Shown: positions 1 to 7,773, counted from the stretch's first letter. The stretch: DNA of 24,000 bases from Methanothrix sp. (GCA_026419855.1 JAOAKP010000005.1:17016-41015), one strand, 5' to 3'. Program-made: numbers and translations. The notes: generated by a model from the letters alone, not told the origin.

Positions 1-666
1 GTTTATGGTGAAGCTCCCGCCCTCACCACCGGAGATTATGACCCTCGCCCAGGGGATGCCAGCGCCGTTCTGGTCGACCACACGCCCGACCAGGCTGTAG
101 GTCGTCGGGTACCTCCCCGGATCGACGAGCACTGATACGTTGTTTGTGAGAAGCCCGCCCACCCTCATGACGTATAGATGGGATGTGAGAAGATCGGCGT
201 GGGCTCCTGTTATCCTGTACCAGCCTGGCATCATGAGACCTGTCGAGTAGACCATCCTGCCGTTATCATAAAGGAGTAGATTGCCCGGAACTGATGTGCG
301 CACCCACAGTATGATAGGGTCTCCCAGAATCACAGATGCCCTGGTTGTGAGCATGCCACCCTGCTGAACATAAAGAATGTTCGGCAGCCTCAGCTCGTCC
401 TTTATGCTCAGCCCTTCTGCGAGGGGATCCATCCTCTCGATAACCATCTGCTGTGAATCGAATGGAGCATACGGGTCCCAATCGGGTCGCTCCACAGCAA
501 ACGGGTTCAGATAATCAGTCTCAACAGTTGTGACGGTCTGCTGCGGCGTGCTCCATGGCGTCAGCCAGTCAGGCTGCTTCGTTCCGGCAGCCCCGAAAGC
601 CTGGCAGGAGCCGACGATGAGATTGAGCAGAATCGCGAGCAGAACGATGTGCCTTACATGATCCAT
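1..666 (-). CDS. Secreted hypothetical protein, C-terminus cut by left window edge; carries one copy of the W/Y-rich domain seen in 967..2364
   Basis: Absent from the ORF track because no stop lies in the window. Read by hand: ATG at 666..664, no in-frame stop down to base 1 (222 codons). The N-terminus MDHVRHIVLLAILLNLIVGSCQAFGAAG looks like a Sec signal peptide. GGGGAGTGA (reverse complement of 669..677) is a Shine-Dalgarno-like site. NILYVQQGGMLTTRASVILGDPIILWVRTSVPGNLLLY aligns by eye with the repeated domain of the neighbouring gene. The last residues GRVVDQNGAGIPWARVIISG resemble the start of a carboxypeptidase-regulatory-like beta-sandwich. Confidence 0.6.
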   Translation of the reverse strand, partial: MDHVRHIVLLAILLNLIVGSCQAFGAAGTKQPDWLTPWSTPQQTVTTVETDYLNPFAVERPDWDPYAPFDSQQMVIERMDPLAEGLSIKDELRLPNILYVQQGGMLTTRASVILGDPIILWVRTSVPGNLLLYDNGRMVYSTGLMMPGWYRITGAHADLLTSHLYVMRVGGLLTNNVSVLVDPGRYPTTYSLVGRVVDQNGAGIPWARVIISGGEGGSFTIN

Positions 667-795
667 ACTCACTCCCCAGCAGAGTATAGAATACTGGGAG
701 ATAAATATTGCGTGACTGAAGGGTCGCGCATGAGTTAGCTCATCCCCCTGATCCGGCGGATCGGTTAACCTGCAGAAGAGAGGAAAAGCCTACAG

Positions 796-905
796 TCATT
801 TGCGTCACTTCATATAAGCTAATTTAAAATTTGCCGGGAATGTCGCACTTCATACACGATTTTATGTAATATGCAATATTATATCAACTTATGCGGAATA
901 CTATA
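796..905. repeat. Copy A of a 110-bp dispersed intergenic element (partner at 22944..23053)
   Basis: Ungapped hand alignment with 22944..23053 gives 97/110 identical bases, and the flanks are unrelated. Internal structure: CACTTCATA at 806..814 and 846..854 (40-nt period), each followed by an A/T box, then the palindrome TAATAT-N3-ATATTA at 867..881. Confidence 0.85.
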
Positions 906-966
906 ATGCTGCGCATTGGGATTACTCGCCTCTCCGACGATTCAACCACATGTGCTTACAGTCATT

Positions 967-2364
967 TCAGCAATCGAACGCCTGGGGGCCGCATGTTTTG
1001 GGTGGTCTTGATCTCTCCGATCTGCAGTCGAATTTATGGCATTCAGATGTGCCCCTTTCCGGCCAGACGTAGATGTAGATGTAGTTCGACCAGTCGGTTG
1101 TGCAGTAGGCGAGTATATGCCATCCGACCTCCTCTCCGTAGAACCATGTCGGGAACCATCCGGTGGGCTTATAGCCGAAACCCTTCACATTCGGCGAGCA
1201 GTAGTATTTGGGGAAGGTGCCACATGGGGCCCATTCGTACGACCAGTATCTGCCAGGGCGCCTGATGTTCGACCAGAGAGGGAGCCACTCGCCCTGGACA
1301 ACACCAGCTGCTGTGACAAGCTTGTTTGGCCACACCTGTATGTAATATGCGTTACATCCGCACCTCTCCTCCGGGCATCCGCAGGATGCCACCCGCGGGA
1401 ATACAGGAGTGAGGCCTGCGTAACATCCATCCTCTGAGCATTCTGGATAGATCTTGCTGGAGTCTGGCAGTATCAGCTGCTCTGTGTTCACATCAGGAGG
1501 CGTCGGTGCGCCCTGAACGCTGGACCCAGTGCTCGATTGGACGGACTGGATCACATTCGAGCTCTGGACGTTGGAGACCGACTGTATTATGTTGGTGTTC
1601 GACTGTATCACAGAGGACGGCCAGACATAGATGTAGACGTAGTTCGACCAGCCGTTGCAGTAGTAGCTGATGATATGCCAGCCAGGAGCATCTCCGTAAA
1701 ACCATCCGCGCTTGAACCCGGGCCACGACCAGCCCCACCACCGGACCTTCGGGGCTGAGCTTGATGGGTACCATTCATATGTGTACAGGTTCCCTGCGGA
1801 GGCTATCTGCGCCCAGAGGGGCAGATATCCGCCAAGCCTGCAGCCGCCAACCGTTTTTAGCCCAGAGGAAGTCTGCACGTAAAGCCTGTTCCCGGATGTT
1901 GATGAGCCCGGCCAGTACCAGACACCGCTGGGGTCGAATGAAAGGCCTGATGGTGGTGTGGCTGAGCTGAAGTCGAGGCTCCCGTCAGGCTGGAAGCTCT
2001 CAGCGCTCGGCTCCTGCAGCTTCAGATCCGTCGGGGTCATTCGTTCTGCATATGGTCCCTGTGCCTCTGGGGCAGCTGAAAAACCGCCGAGAATATTCTC
2101 GAGGCTGCTCCAAGGCTGCTGGTTTGACTGCGAGTTTGCTGCCGGTGGCTGAGCTTGAGGGTACTGCGTGCTCTGCGGATAGCTCTGCTCACCCATAGAT
2201 GGTGGGCTCTCGAGAGGTGTAAAATCGGAATATCCCTGAACACCACCATCGCCTATTGCACCACAGGCGGCATTGATAAAGACAAACAGGATAAAGATGG
2301 AAATATAGAGCTTCAATACGACCCCGACCTTACATGCTACTCCAAAATAGTATGAGCACTTCAT
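967..2364 (-). CDS. Secreted hypothetical protein with an internally duplicated W/Y-rich domain and a Q/P/S-rich linker
   Basis: 465-aa ORF with a hydrophobic N-terminus. Residues ~159-249 and ~338-435 are clear repeats (G.[YW]LPLW..I...G....YEW.P ... GWF..WFYG...GWHI..Y....WSNY[VI]YIYVWP). Low-complexity segments are QSTQYPQAQPPAANSQSNQQ and SVIQSNTNIIQSVSNVQSSNVIQSVQSS. In-frame TTG at 2316 would give a cleaner signal peptide (MKLYISIFILFVFINAACGA), and the A/T box at 2365..2377 abuts the ATG, so the start is uncertain. Confidence 0.75.
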   Translation of the reverse strand: MKCSYYFGVACKVGVVLKLYISIFILFVFINAACGAIGDGGVQGYSDFTPLESPPSMGEQSYPQSTQYPQAQPPAANSQSNQQPWSSLENILGGFSAAPEAQGPYAERMTPTDLKLQEPSAESFQPDGSLDFSSATPPSGLSFDPSGVWYWPGSSTSGNRLYVQTSSGLKTVGGCRLGGYLPLWAQIASAGNLYTYEWYPSSSAPKVRWWGWSWPGFKRGWFYGDAPGWHIISYYCNGWSNYVYIYVWPSSVIQSNTNIIQSVSNVQSSNVIQSVQSSTGSSVQGAPTPPDVNTEQLILPDSSKIYPECSEDGCYAGLTPVFPRVASCGCPEERCGCNAYYIQVWPNKLVTAAGVVQGEWLPLWSNIRRPGRYWSYEWAPCGTFPKYYCSPNVKGFGYKPTGWFPTWFYGEEVGWHILAYCTTDWSNYIYIYVWPERGTSECHKFDCRSERSRPPKTCGPQAFDC

Positions 2365-2671
2365 CTATATATATTTTGGGAGGGATCCAGCCTGTGCGTC
2401 CCAGAACCCATATCAGCATGATCCATGATAAGGCGCATGTGGTCGCATCGTCGGAGCGGCGAGATCTGGTAACCTTGAAGCAGTCGGTACTGTACTTGAA
2501 TCGCTAAATGGAAATATCAGGAACCGCATTCTCAGGCACAGCAGATCATAAATCCGCCGATGCCATATGCTGCTTGGTTCAATGATATGAGTACACGACC
2601 AAGCGGTCAACAGTGTCTCTTCCTGGAGGGTTACTGATCCGTCAAACCACAGGGATGAGCGCATGACAAAA

Positions 2672-2683
2672 AGTATTTAATTG
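2672..2683 (+). promoter_or_regulatory. Putative BRE/TATA box for the zinc-ribbon gene
   Basis: AAAAAGTATTTAATTG sits ~35-40 nt upstream of ATG 2715. The same AAAAGTATTTAA core occurs in the regulator promoter (minus strand, 3527..3538). Confidence 0.4.
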
Positions 2684-2714
2684 ATAATAATGATGATTTG
2701 TTGAGGTGATCCTC

Positions 2715-2888
2715 ATGTGCTCTGGTCCCGGGTTCAGCCTCATCAATGTGGGGGATGAGGAGCATATACTGGCGAAGGAATACACATGCCTGGACTGCGG
2801 CAGCACATTCAAGGGGCTGGGAGTCATACCATCCTGCCCGGGCTGCAAGTCCAAGAACGTGAAGCGCGTTAAGAAGCACTCAGTGTGA
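2715..2888 (+). CDS. Small FmdB-like zinc-ribbon protein (CxxC...CxxC)
   Basis: GAGGTGAT (2703..2710) lies 4 nt before ATG 2715; the track ORF starts at GTG 2706, inside that SD. EYTCLDCGSTFKGLGVIPSCPGCKSKNVKRVKK matches the Y.C..CG..F....CP.C.S..V.R pattern of FmdB-family zinc ribbons (by eye). Confidence 0.6.
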   Translation: MCSGPGFSLINVGDEEHILAKEYTCLDCGSTFKGLGVIPSCPGCKSKNVKRVKKHSV

Positions 2889-2891
2889 GCG

Positions 2892-2920
2892 TGGAGTCCC
2901 TCCTGCGCCCACTCCAAAAA
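2892..2920 (-). terminator. Possible terminator for the regulator gene (oligo-T plus hairpin)
   Basis: The minus strand reads CATTTTTGGAGT-13 nt-ACTCCA: a T5 run (2916..2920) and a 6-bp stem (2892..2897 / 2911..2916), ~75 nt after the stop at 2996. The plus-strand zinc-ribbon gene has no oligo-T after it. Confidence 0.3.
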
Positions 2921-2995
2921 TGACACACGCCCTCAAAGCTACTGCGATGCACGTTCCATGCGCACCTATGTGCGGCTATCGTCTGATGGGCGGGC

Positions 2996-3505
2996 TCATC
3001 CGCACTTCTCCAGGATCTCGATGAGCCTGTCGACATCGTATTTCTGTATGAGGTTCAGAAGGCGATCTGTCTTGCTGTAGAAGTTTCTTATTCCGTCGAT
3101 CCTCTCTCTGATCCGTGTTGCCTCCAGGCTCTCAGAGTCTGAAAGCGCTCTTTCAGCGCGATCGAGGGCCGCCGTGATTGTGCTTATCTCTTTCCTGACG
3201 TGGTTCAGCATCGCATTTCTGAGCATATCCGTATCCGTCACCGGTATGTATCTGTACCTCTTCTCCCCGGGCGTTATCACCCTCTTTGCAACGCCGATGC
3301 CCTCAAGAATGCTCATGTTCGTGCTCACGGTGGACTTGCTGTAACCTGTGAGCTCGACCAGATCATCAAGAGATAGAGGGGTTTCAGAGAGCATGAGGAT
3401 TCCTCTCAGCACCCCAAGCGCATCGCTGTACCCCCGCATTCTCGCGATCTGCACACATGCCTCTGTGATGTATCTCCTGATCTCCTCGAGCTCCTGGTTC
3501 ATCAT
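2996..3505 (-). CDS. Winged-helix transcriptional regulator, GbsR/MarR-like (COG1510-type)
   Basis: LSLDDLVELTGYSKSTVSTNMSILEGIGVAKRVITPGEKRYRYIP is a typical wHTH plus wing. The track ORF starts at GTG 3571, but the minus-strand BRE/TATA CGAAAAGTATTTAAC (3525..3539) lies inside that extension. It sits ~26 nt upstream of ATG 3505 (MMNQELEE...), which argues for a leaderless transcript starting at 3505. Confidence 0.8.
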   Translation of the reverse strand: MMNQELEEIRRYITEACVQIARMRGYSDALGVLRGILMLSETPLSLDDLVELTGYSKSTVSTNMSILEGIGVAKRVITPGEKRYRYIPVTDTDMLRNAMLNHVRKEISTITAALDRAERALSDSESLEATRIRERIDGIRNFYSKTDRLLNLIQKYDVDRLIEILEKCG

Positions 3506-3524
3506 GCGAACCTGAGCCGGAAGC

Positions 3525-3539
3525 GTTAAATACTTTTCG
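3525..3539. promoter_or_regulatory. Shared A/T box of the divergent regulator / RND-exporter promoters
   Basis: This is the only A/T-rich element in the spacer between ATG 3505 (minus) and GTG 3588 (plus). It reads as TATA-like on both strands (GTATTTAA / TTAAATAC). Confidence 0.5.
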
Positions 3540-3587
3540 TAAAGACTGCACGTTCTGTAATCTCCGTACACACAGAAATCATCTCAG

Positions 3588-5924
3588 GTGAGGTCCATAG
3601 ACAGAAAAGAGAGGCTTGGCTGCTGGATCGCAAAGAATCCTGAAATTATACTCATTGCTGCAGTCCTTCTCACGCTTCTCTCCCTTCATTACGCCCAGCA
3701 GATAGAGATGCATGGGATGAGGACAGAGGATTTTGTAGATAAGGGATCGATGCTCTACCAGACCTATGAACACCTCTTCAAGGAGCGGTTCGCAACAGAG
3801 TCGATAACTGTGGTGATTGAGGGCGATGATGTAACAACTCCTGATGTCCTGAAGGCCATGGACAGGCTTGCTGTGCACATGGAATCGGTGCCTGATGTCC
3901 TTTCTGTTGATGGCATATCGCAGATCGTGAAGAGCGCGGCTGAAAAGGAACTCGGAAGGAGATACATTCCAGATGAGCAGATCCTTATAGACACGCTCCT
4001 ACTCAAAGGGGATGCCAGGCTGCTGCAGAACATACTTCCTGACAGGAGGCACACGATACTCTCGATTGAGCTCCCGCTCACGCTCTCAGAGGGAGAGCGC
4101 GAGGAGGTGCTGCACGAGACTGAGAGGGCGGTGGCCATGGCGGAGTTCCCTCCAGGTGTGGGCGTTACGGTCACAGGAAACGCGGCGCTTGGTGTGGCCA
4201 TTAAGAATGAGATGTCAAAGAGCAACGCGAGCCTGCTTGTCGCATCTGGAGTCCTCATGATCGTGGCGCTTCTTCTCGTCTTTAGGCATGTCAACTGGCC
4301 TCTCCTGCCACTGCCAATTGTCTTTCTGGGCATAATCTGGACATTCGGTATAATGGGGCGGCTTCACATCCCGATGACGATGATATCGATGTCAGCCTTT
4401 CCAATACTGATCGGCATAGGTATCGATTATGCGATACAGTTTCACAACAGGATCGAGGAGGAGTTCTCCAAGGGTGGATCCATAAAAAAAGCTGTTGTAG
4501 AGACAGTGGTCCATACAGCGCCAGCTGTCCTGATAGCACTGGCGATAACAGCAGCCGGATTCTTCTCGCTCTTCACATCAACAGTGCCAATGATCAGGGA
4601 GTTTGGGGTTCTCTGCCTCATAGGGCTCATAATGTGCTACCTCTCAGCGCTCTTTGTTGGAATAACAGTGCTCTACGCGGCGGAGAGGAGCGGAAACAAC
4701 AGAAAGAACCGGGCAAATAAGAGGGCAGAAGGCGCATCCGAGAGCACCGTCACTGAGACGGCCATAGGTAGAGCTGTAAGGTCTGTCGTCAGGTTTTCGC
4801 TTAAGCGTTGGGCTCTGATACTCCTGCTCGCCCTTGCACTATCGCTTGCAGGAGTTTACTCTGACACCATGGTTCCTGTGGATACGGATTTCAAGAACTA
4901 TATGCCACAGGACCTGCCCCCTCTGGTTCAATTCAGACACCTGGTCGACATATTCGGAGGGAGCGATGAGCTCAACATAATCGTGCAGGGAGATGACATC
5001 ACAGATCCGAAGATACTGGAATGGATGAATAACTTCGGAGATTACATCACAGAGTCTAGGCAGCAGGTGTATTACGTAAACAGCGTTGCTGGATATATGA
5101 GGATGCTGAACAACGGTTCGATTCCAGAAGACGCGACCTCAACAAGATACCTGCTTGGCATCATGTCGTCTTCGATGAGAGATCGGTACATCGACGGGCA
5201 TGATACAGCTGTTATGGACATCAACATAGGCAACGCCCTGCGGGACCTTGGTGAGGAGGGGGTCGACCGGCTTATAAAAGAGATGTACAAGGATGTCGAG
5301 TGGTTTGGGGTGCCTCCTGGAATCACTGTCGTGATAACAGGCAATCTGGTTGTGATGACGACAGTGATCGAGGCGCTCACGACCGGAAGGACAGAGATGA
5401 CTTTATTCGGACTGGTTGTGATATTCTTCATCCTGCTTCTTATATACAGGGATCTGATAAAGGCGATTGTGCCGGTCCTGCCAATGCTCGTCGTCATAGG
5501 CTGGATGGGCGGGGTGATGTACATCACCGGCATGAAGTACACACCACTTACAGCCACGCTTGGTGCCCTGATCCTGGGCGTGGGTTCAGAGTACTCCATA
5601 CTCATGATGGAGAGGTTCTATGAGGAGCTTGAGAGATGCAATGACATCGATCAGGCCATATCAAGAGCGTCGTCGAGCATAGGATCAGCGCTGGTTGCAT
5701 CCGGCCTGACCACTGTCTTCGGCTTCGGCGCTCTCATAACATCTCCGTTTGTCATAACGAACAACTTCGGCACGGTGACCGTGCTGGCTGTGATATTCGC
5801 GCTTATAACAACATTCACAGTATTTCCCGTGCTCCTCATTCAGCTTGAAAGAGAGCGGGAGAGAATCCAGAAGCTGAATTTTATGATTATCGATGCAGTT
5901 AAAAGATGCGCAGGTGCTGTTTGA
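3588..5924 (+). CDS. RND-superfamily exporter, MMPL/HAE3-type (COG1033-like)
   Basis: 778 aa with two homologous halves, each made of a large soluble loop followed by a block of TM helices. This is the typical architecture of archaeal predicted RND exporters. GTG start at 3588; TM1 (IILIAAVLLTLLSL) follows ~20 residues later. Confidence 0.88.
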   Translation: MRSIDRKERLGCWIAKNPEIILIAAVLLTLLSLHYAQQIEMHGMRTEDFVDKGSMLYQTYEHLFKERFATESITVVIEGDDVTTPDVLKAMDRLAVHMESVPDVLSVDGISQIVKSAAEKELGRRYIPDEQILIDTLLLKGDARLLQNILPDRRHTILSIELPLTLSEGEREEVLHETERAVAMAEFPPGVGVTVTGNAALGVAIKNEMSKSNASLLVASGVLMIVALLLVFRHVNWPLLPLPIVFLGIIWTFGIMGRLHIPMTMISMSAFPILIGIGIDYAIQFHNRIEEEFSKGGSIKKAVVETVVHTAPAVLIALAITAAGFFSLFTSTVPMIREFGVLCLIGLIMCYLSALFVGITVLYAAERSGNNRKNRANKRAEGASESTVTETAIGRAVRSVVRFSLKRWALILLLALALSLAGVYSDTMVPVDTDFKNYMPQDLPPLVQFRHLVDIFGGSDELNIIVQGDDITDPKILEWMNNFGDYITESRQQVYYVNSVAGYMRMLNNGSIPEDATSTRYLLGIMSSSMRDRYIDGHDTAVMDINIGNALRDLGEEGVDRLIKEMYKDVEWFGVPPGITVVITGNLVVMTTVIEALTTGRTEMTLFGLVVIFFILLLIYRDLIKAIVPVLPMLVVIGWMGGVMYITGMKYTPLTATLGALILGVGSEYSILMMERFYEELERCNDIDQAISRASSSIGSALVASGLTTVFGFGALITSPFVITNNFGTVTVLAVIFALITTFTVFPVLLIQLERERERIQKLNFMIIDAVKRCAGAV

Positions 5925-6958
5925 TGAGATACGAATTGATAATGCTGTTGATCCTTGTTGCTCCAGCAATGGGCCAGAGCAACTACATCCCTCCGGTGAT
6001 AGAGGGTGAGAACTACTGGAACATGTACGGATCCCCAAACCTGACCGCTGCGATAAGCGGCACGAACGAGTTCGACAAGGGGGACACGGTCACGCTATAC
6101 ATCGACCTCATCAACTATGGCAGGTTCATGAGCTTCGAGAAGGACAAGACTGCATACACTCCGATGGAGATGGCGCTTGCGGCCAAAGAGCAGGAGCTTG
6201 AGCAGGCCAAGACCACTGCCATAGGAATAGTTGCGACTCTGGTATCAGAGAGCGATCAGATCGAGGTCAAGTCCGGGGATCAGGTTGTGGAATCTCTTAA
6301 ATCCGGTGACAAAACAAAGAATCCGCTCAAATTCGCGGTGAAGATAGCGAAGCATGCGCCAGCAGGCGTGTATCCGCTCACGCTCAACCTGAAGTACGAC
6401 TACCAGTACAATGTACAGGTCGATGCAAACAAGTTCGATTCAGCTACAAACAACCTCATAGGGTTCAGGGCAGCTTACTGGTACCAGAAGGCGAATCAAA
6501 CGGTGATTGTTCCGATCGTCGTGAAGAAGAAAGCGGACTTCGAGATAACCGATGTCAAAGGAGTCCTCAGGGCCGGAGCCAAGAAGGAGGAGCTTCAGGT
6601 GACATACAAGAACATAGGCGAGGAGGGTGTGAGCGATGCCATCGCCAGGCTGAGCATATTCAAGCCGTTCTCGTCAACAGATGATCAGGCGTATATCGGG
6701 AATCTGGGGCCGGGCGAGGAGGCGACCGTGACATTCCGCCTGGATGTGGACTCGGATGCAACCCCCAAGGAGTACGGCATAAACAGCGAGATCAAGTACA
6801 CCGATGTGCGAGGAGATACTGTGATCTCAGAGAGTATGAAAATCCCCGTCAGGGTTGAGCCTGCGTCCAGATCGATGATGCTCCCGGCGCTTGTGGTCCT
6901 GGTGGTACTGGGCGGTGCAGGCGCTTACATCTACAGGAGGCGATCTAACAAATCCTGA
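5924..6958 (+). CDS. Cell-surface protein, COG1361-like (S-layer/CARDB-like beta domains) with signal peptide and C-terminal TM anchor
   Basis: ATG 5924 overlaps the exporter stop (TGATG) and gives the signal peptide MRYELIMLLILVAPAMGQ; the track start 5906 is in the same frame. The segment LQVTYKNIGEEGVSDAIARLSI...LGPGEEATVTFRLDVDSDATPKEYGINSEIKYTD is the classic pattern of this family. The C-terminal anchor is MMLPALVVLVVLGGAGAYIYRRRSNKS. Confidence 0.8.
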   Translation: MRYELIMLLILVAPAMGQSNYIPPVIEGENYWNMYGSPNLTAAISGTNEFDKGDTVTLYIDLINYGRFMSFEKDKTAYTPMEMALAAKEQELEQAKTTAIGIVATLVSESDQIEVKSGDQVVESLKSGDKTKNPLKFAVKIAKHAPAGVYPLTLNLKYDYQYNVQVDANKFDSATNNLIGFRAAYWYQKANQTVIVPIVVKKKADFEITDVKGVLRAGAKKEELQVTYKNIGEEGVSDAIARLSIFKPFSSTDDQAYIGNLGPGEEATVTFRLDVDSDATPKEYGINSEIKYTDVRGDTVISESMKIPVRVEPASRSMMLPALVVLVVLGGAGAYIYRRRSNKS

Positions 6959-6966
6959 GGTTCAGC

Positions 6967-7311
6967 ATGTCGCTCAAGCAGTGCATAGTTGTCAGGGATG
7001 ATCTGAAGCTCTCCACAGGAAAGCTCGCGGTCCAGGTGGCGCACGCCTCGATAATGGCCATGGAGCTCGCCAGAAAGGAGATAGTAGAGCAGTGGAAGGG
7101 GGAGGGCATGAGGAAGATTGCTCTCAGAGGCAGAGATGAGGAGCACCTCTTCAGGCTGAAGTCAGAGGCAGAATCCCTGGGGATACCGGCCGCAATTGTC
7201 AGGGATGCAGGTCTCACAGAGATACCTCCCGGAACCGTGACAGCCCTCGGCCTCGGGCCGGCCCCGGACGAGCTAATGGACAGGGTCACCGGCAGGCTCA
7301 GCCTGTTGTGA
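6967..7311 (+). CDS. pth2: Peptidyl-tRNA hydrolase, archaeal/eukaryotic type (PTH2)
   Basis: 114 aa. KQCIVVRDDLKLSTGKLAVQVAHAS...IPAAIVRDAGLTEIPPGTVTALGLGP is the PTH2 family signature. GAGGT (6957..6961) precedes the ATG. Confidence 0.92.
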   Translation: MSLKQCIVVRDDLKLSTGKLAVQVAHASIMAMELARKEIVEQWKGEGMRKIALRGRDEEHLFRLKSEAESLGIPAAIVRDAGLTEIPPGTVTALGLGPAPDELMDRVTGRLSLL

Positions 7312-7538
7312 GAGCCGGACACGTTCAAAGAGAACAGCGGACTATGTGCTGGATGTGAACCACTCCCGCGCTCTCAACAGCAGCGCCTTCAGCATCCTTC
7401 TACCATTTTCGAGTGCAATCTGCAGATCTCCTCACTGATCCAGGTAGCATATGCAGAGATGTAATCGGGTCATGTGCTGATTCCGACCCCGCGAATGGAA
7501 TCGGAAGTTTGATCTCCATGAGCATCTCCTGGTTGCCT

Positions 7539-7727
7539 ATGAGACGCGATCTCATGGAGATACTCGTATGTCCTGTTTGCAGGGGAGATCTCGAGCTCGA
7601 GATCTTCGAGGAGAATGAGAGGGAGATACTCACGGGAAAACTCACGTGCAGATCCTGCGGTGAGGTGTATCCGATAGAGGACGGGATACCGAACATGCTG
7701 CCGCCGGAGCTTCGCGATGGGCGTTAA
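7539..7727 (+). CDS. trm112: Trm112-like zinc-ribbon protein (methyltransferase activator family)
   Basis: MRRDLMEILVCPVCRGDLE...LTCRSCGEVYPIEDGIPNMLPPE matches the Trm112p-like pattern. The 42 codons upstream in the track ORF (from 7413) have no family counterpart. ATG 7554 is an alternative start. Confidence 0.8.
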   Translation: MRRDLMEILVCPVCRGDLELEIFEENEREILTGKLTCRSCGEVYPIEDGIPNMLPPELRDGR

Positions 7728-7740
7728 TACACTAGAGAAA

Positions 7741-7752
7741 TATTTATAAAAT
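7741..7752 (+). promoter_or_regulatory. BRE/TATA box (GAGAAATATTTATAAAAT)
   Basis: A strong TATA-like box is centred near 7747. ATG 7774 lies ~26-27 nt downstream, the geometry of a leaderless archaeal mRNA. ATG 7753 would sit inside the promoter. Confidence 0.55.
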
Positions 7753-7773
7753 ATGATTGCATCTTTATCCTGG

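Noticed and set aside
3764-5605. Minus-strand ORFs 3764..4333 and 5072..5605 (189 and 177 aa)
   Set aside because: Both are antisense to the RND exporter. They are Ser/Thr/Arg-rich shadow frames without starts backed by an SD or promoter.
7413-7538. 42-codon N-terminal extension of the Trm112 ORF
   Set aside because: Trm112-like proteins are about 55-65 aa and begin just before the CPxC motif. The extension has no family counterpart, so the internal ATG 7539 is preferred.
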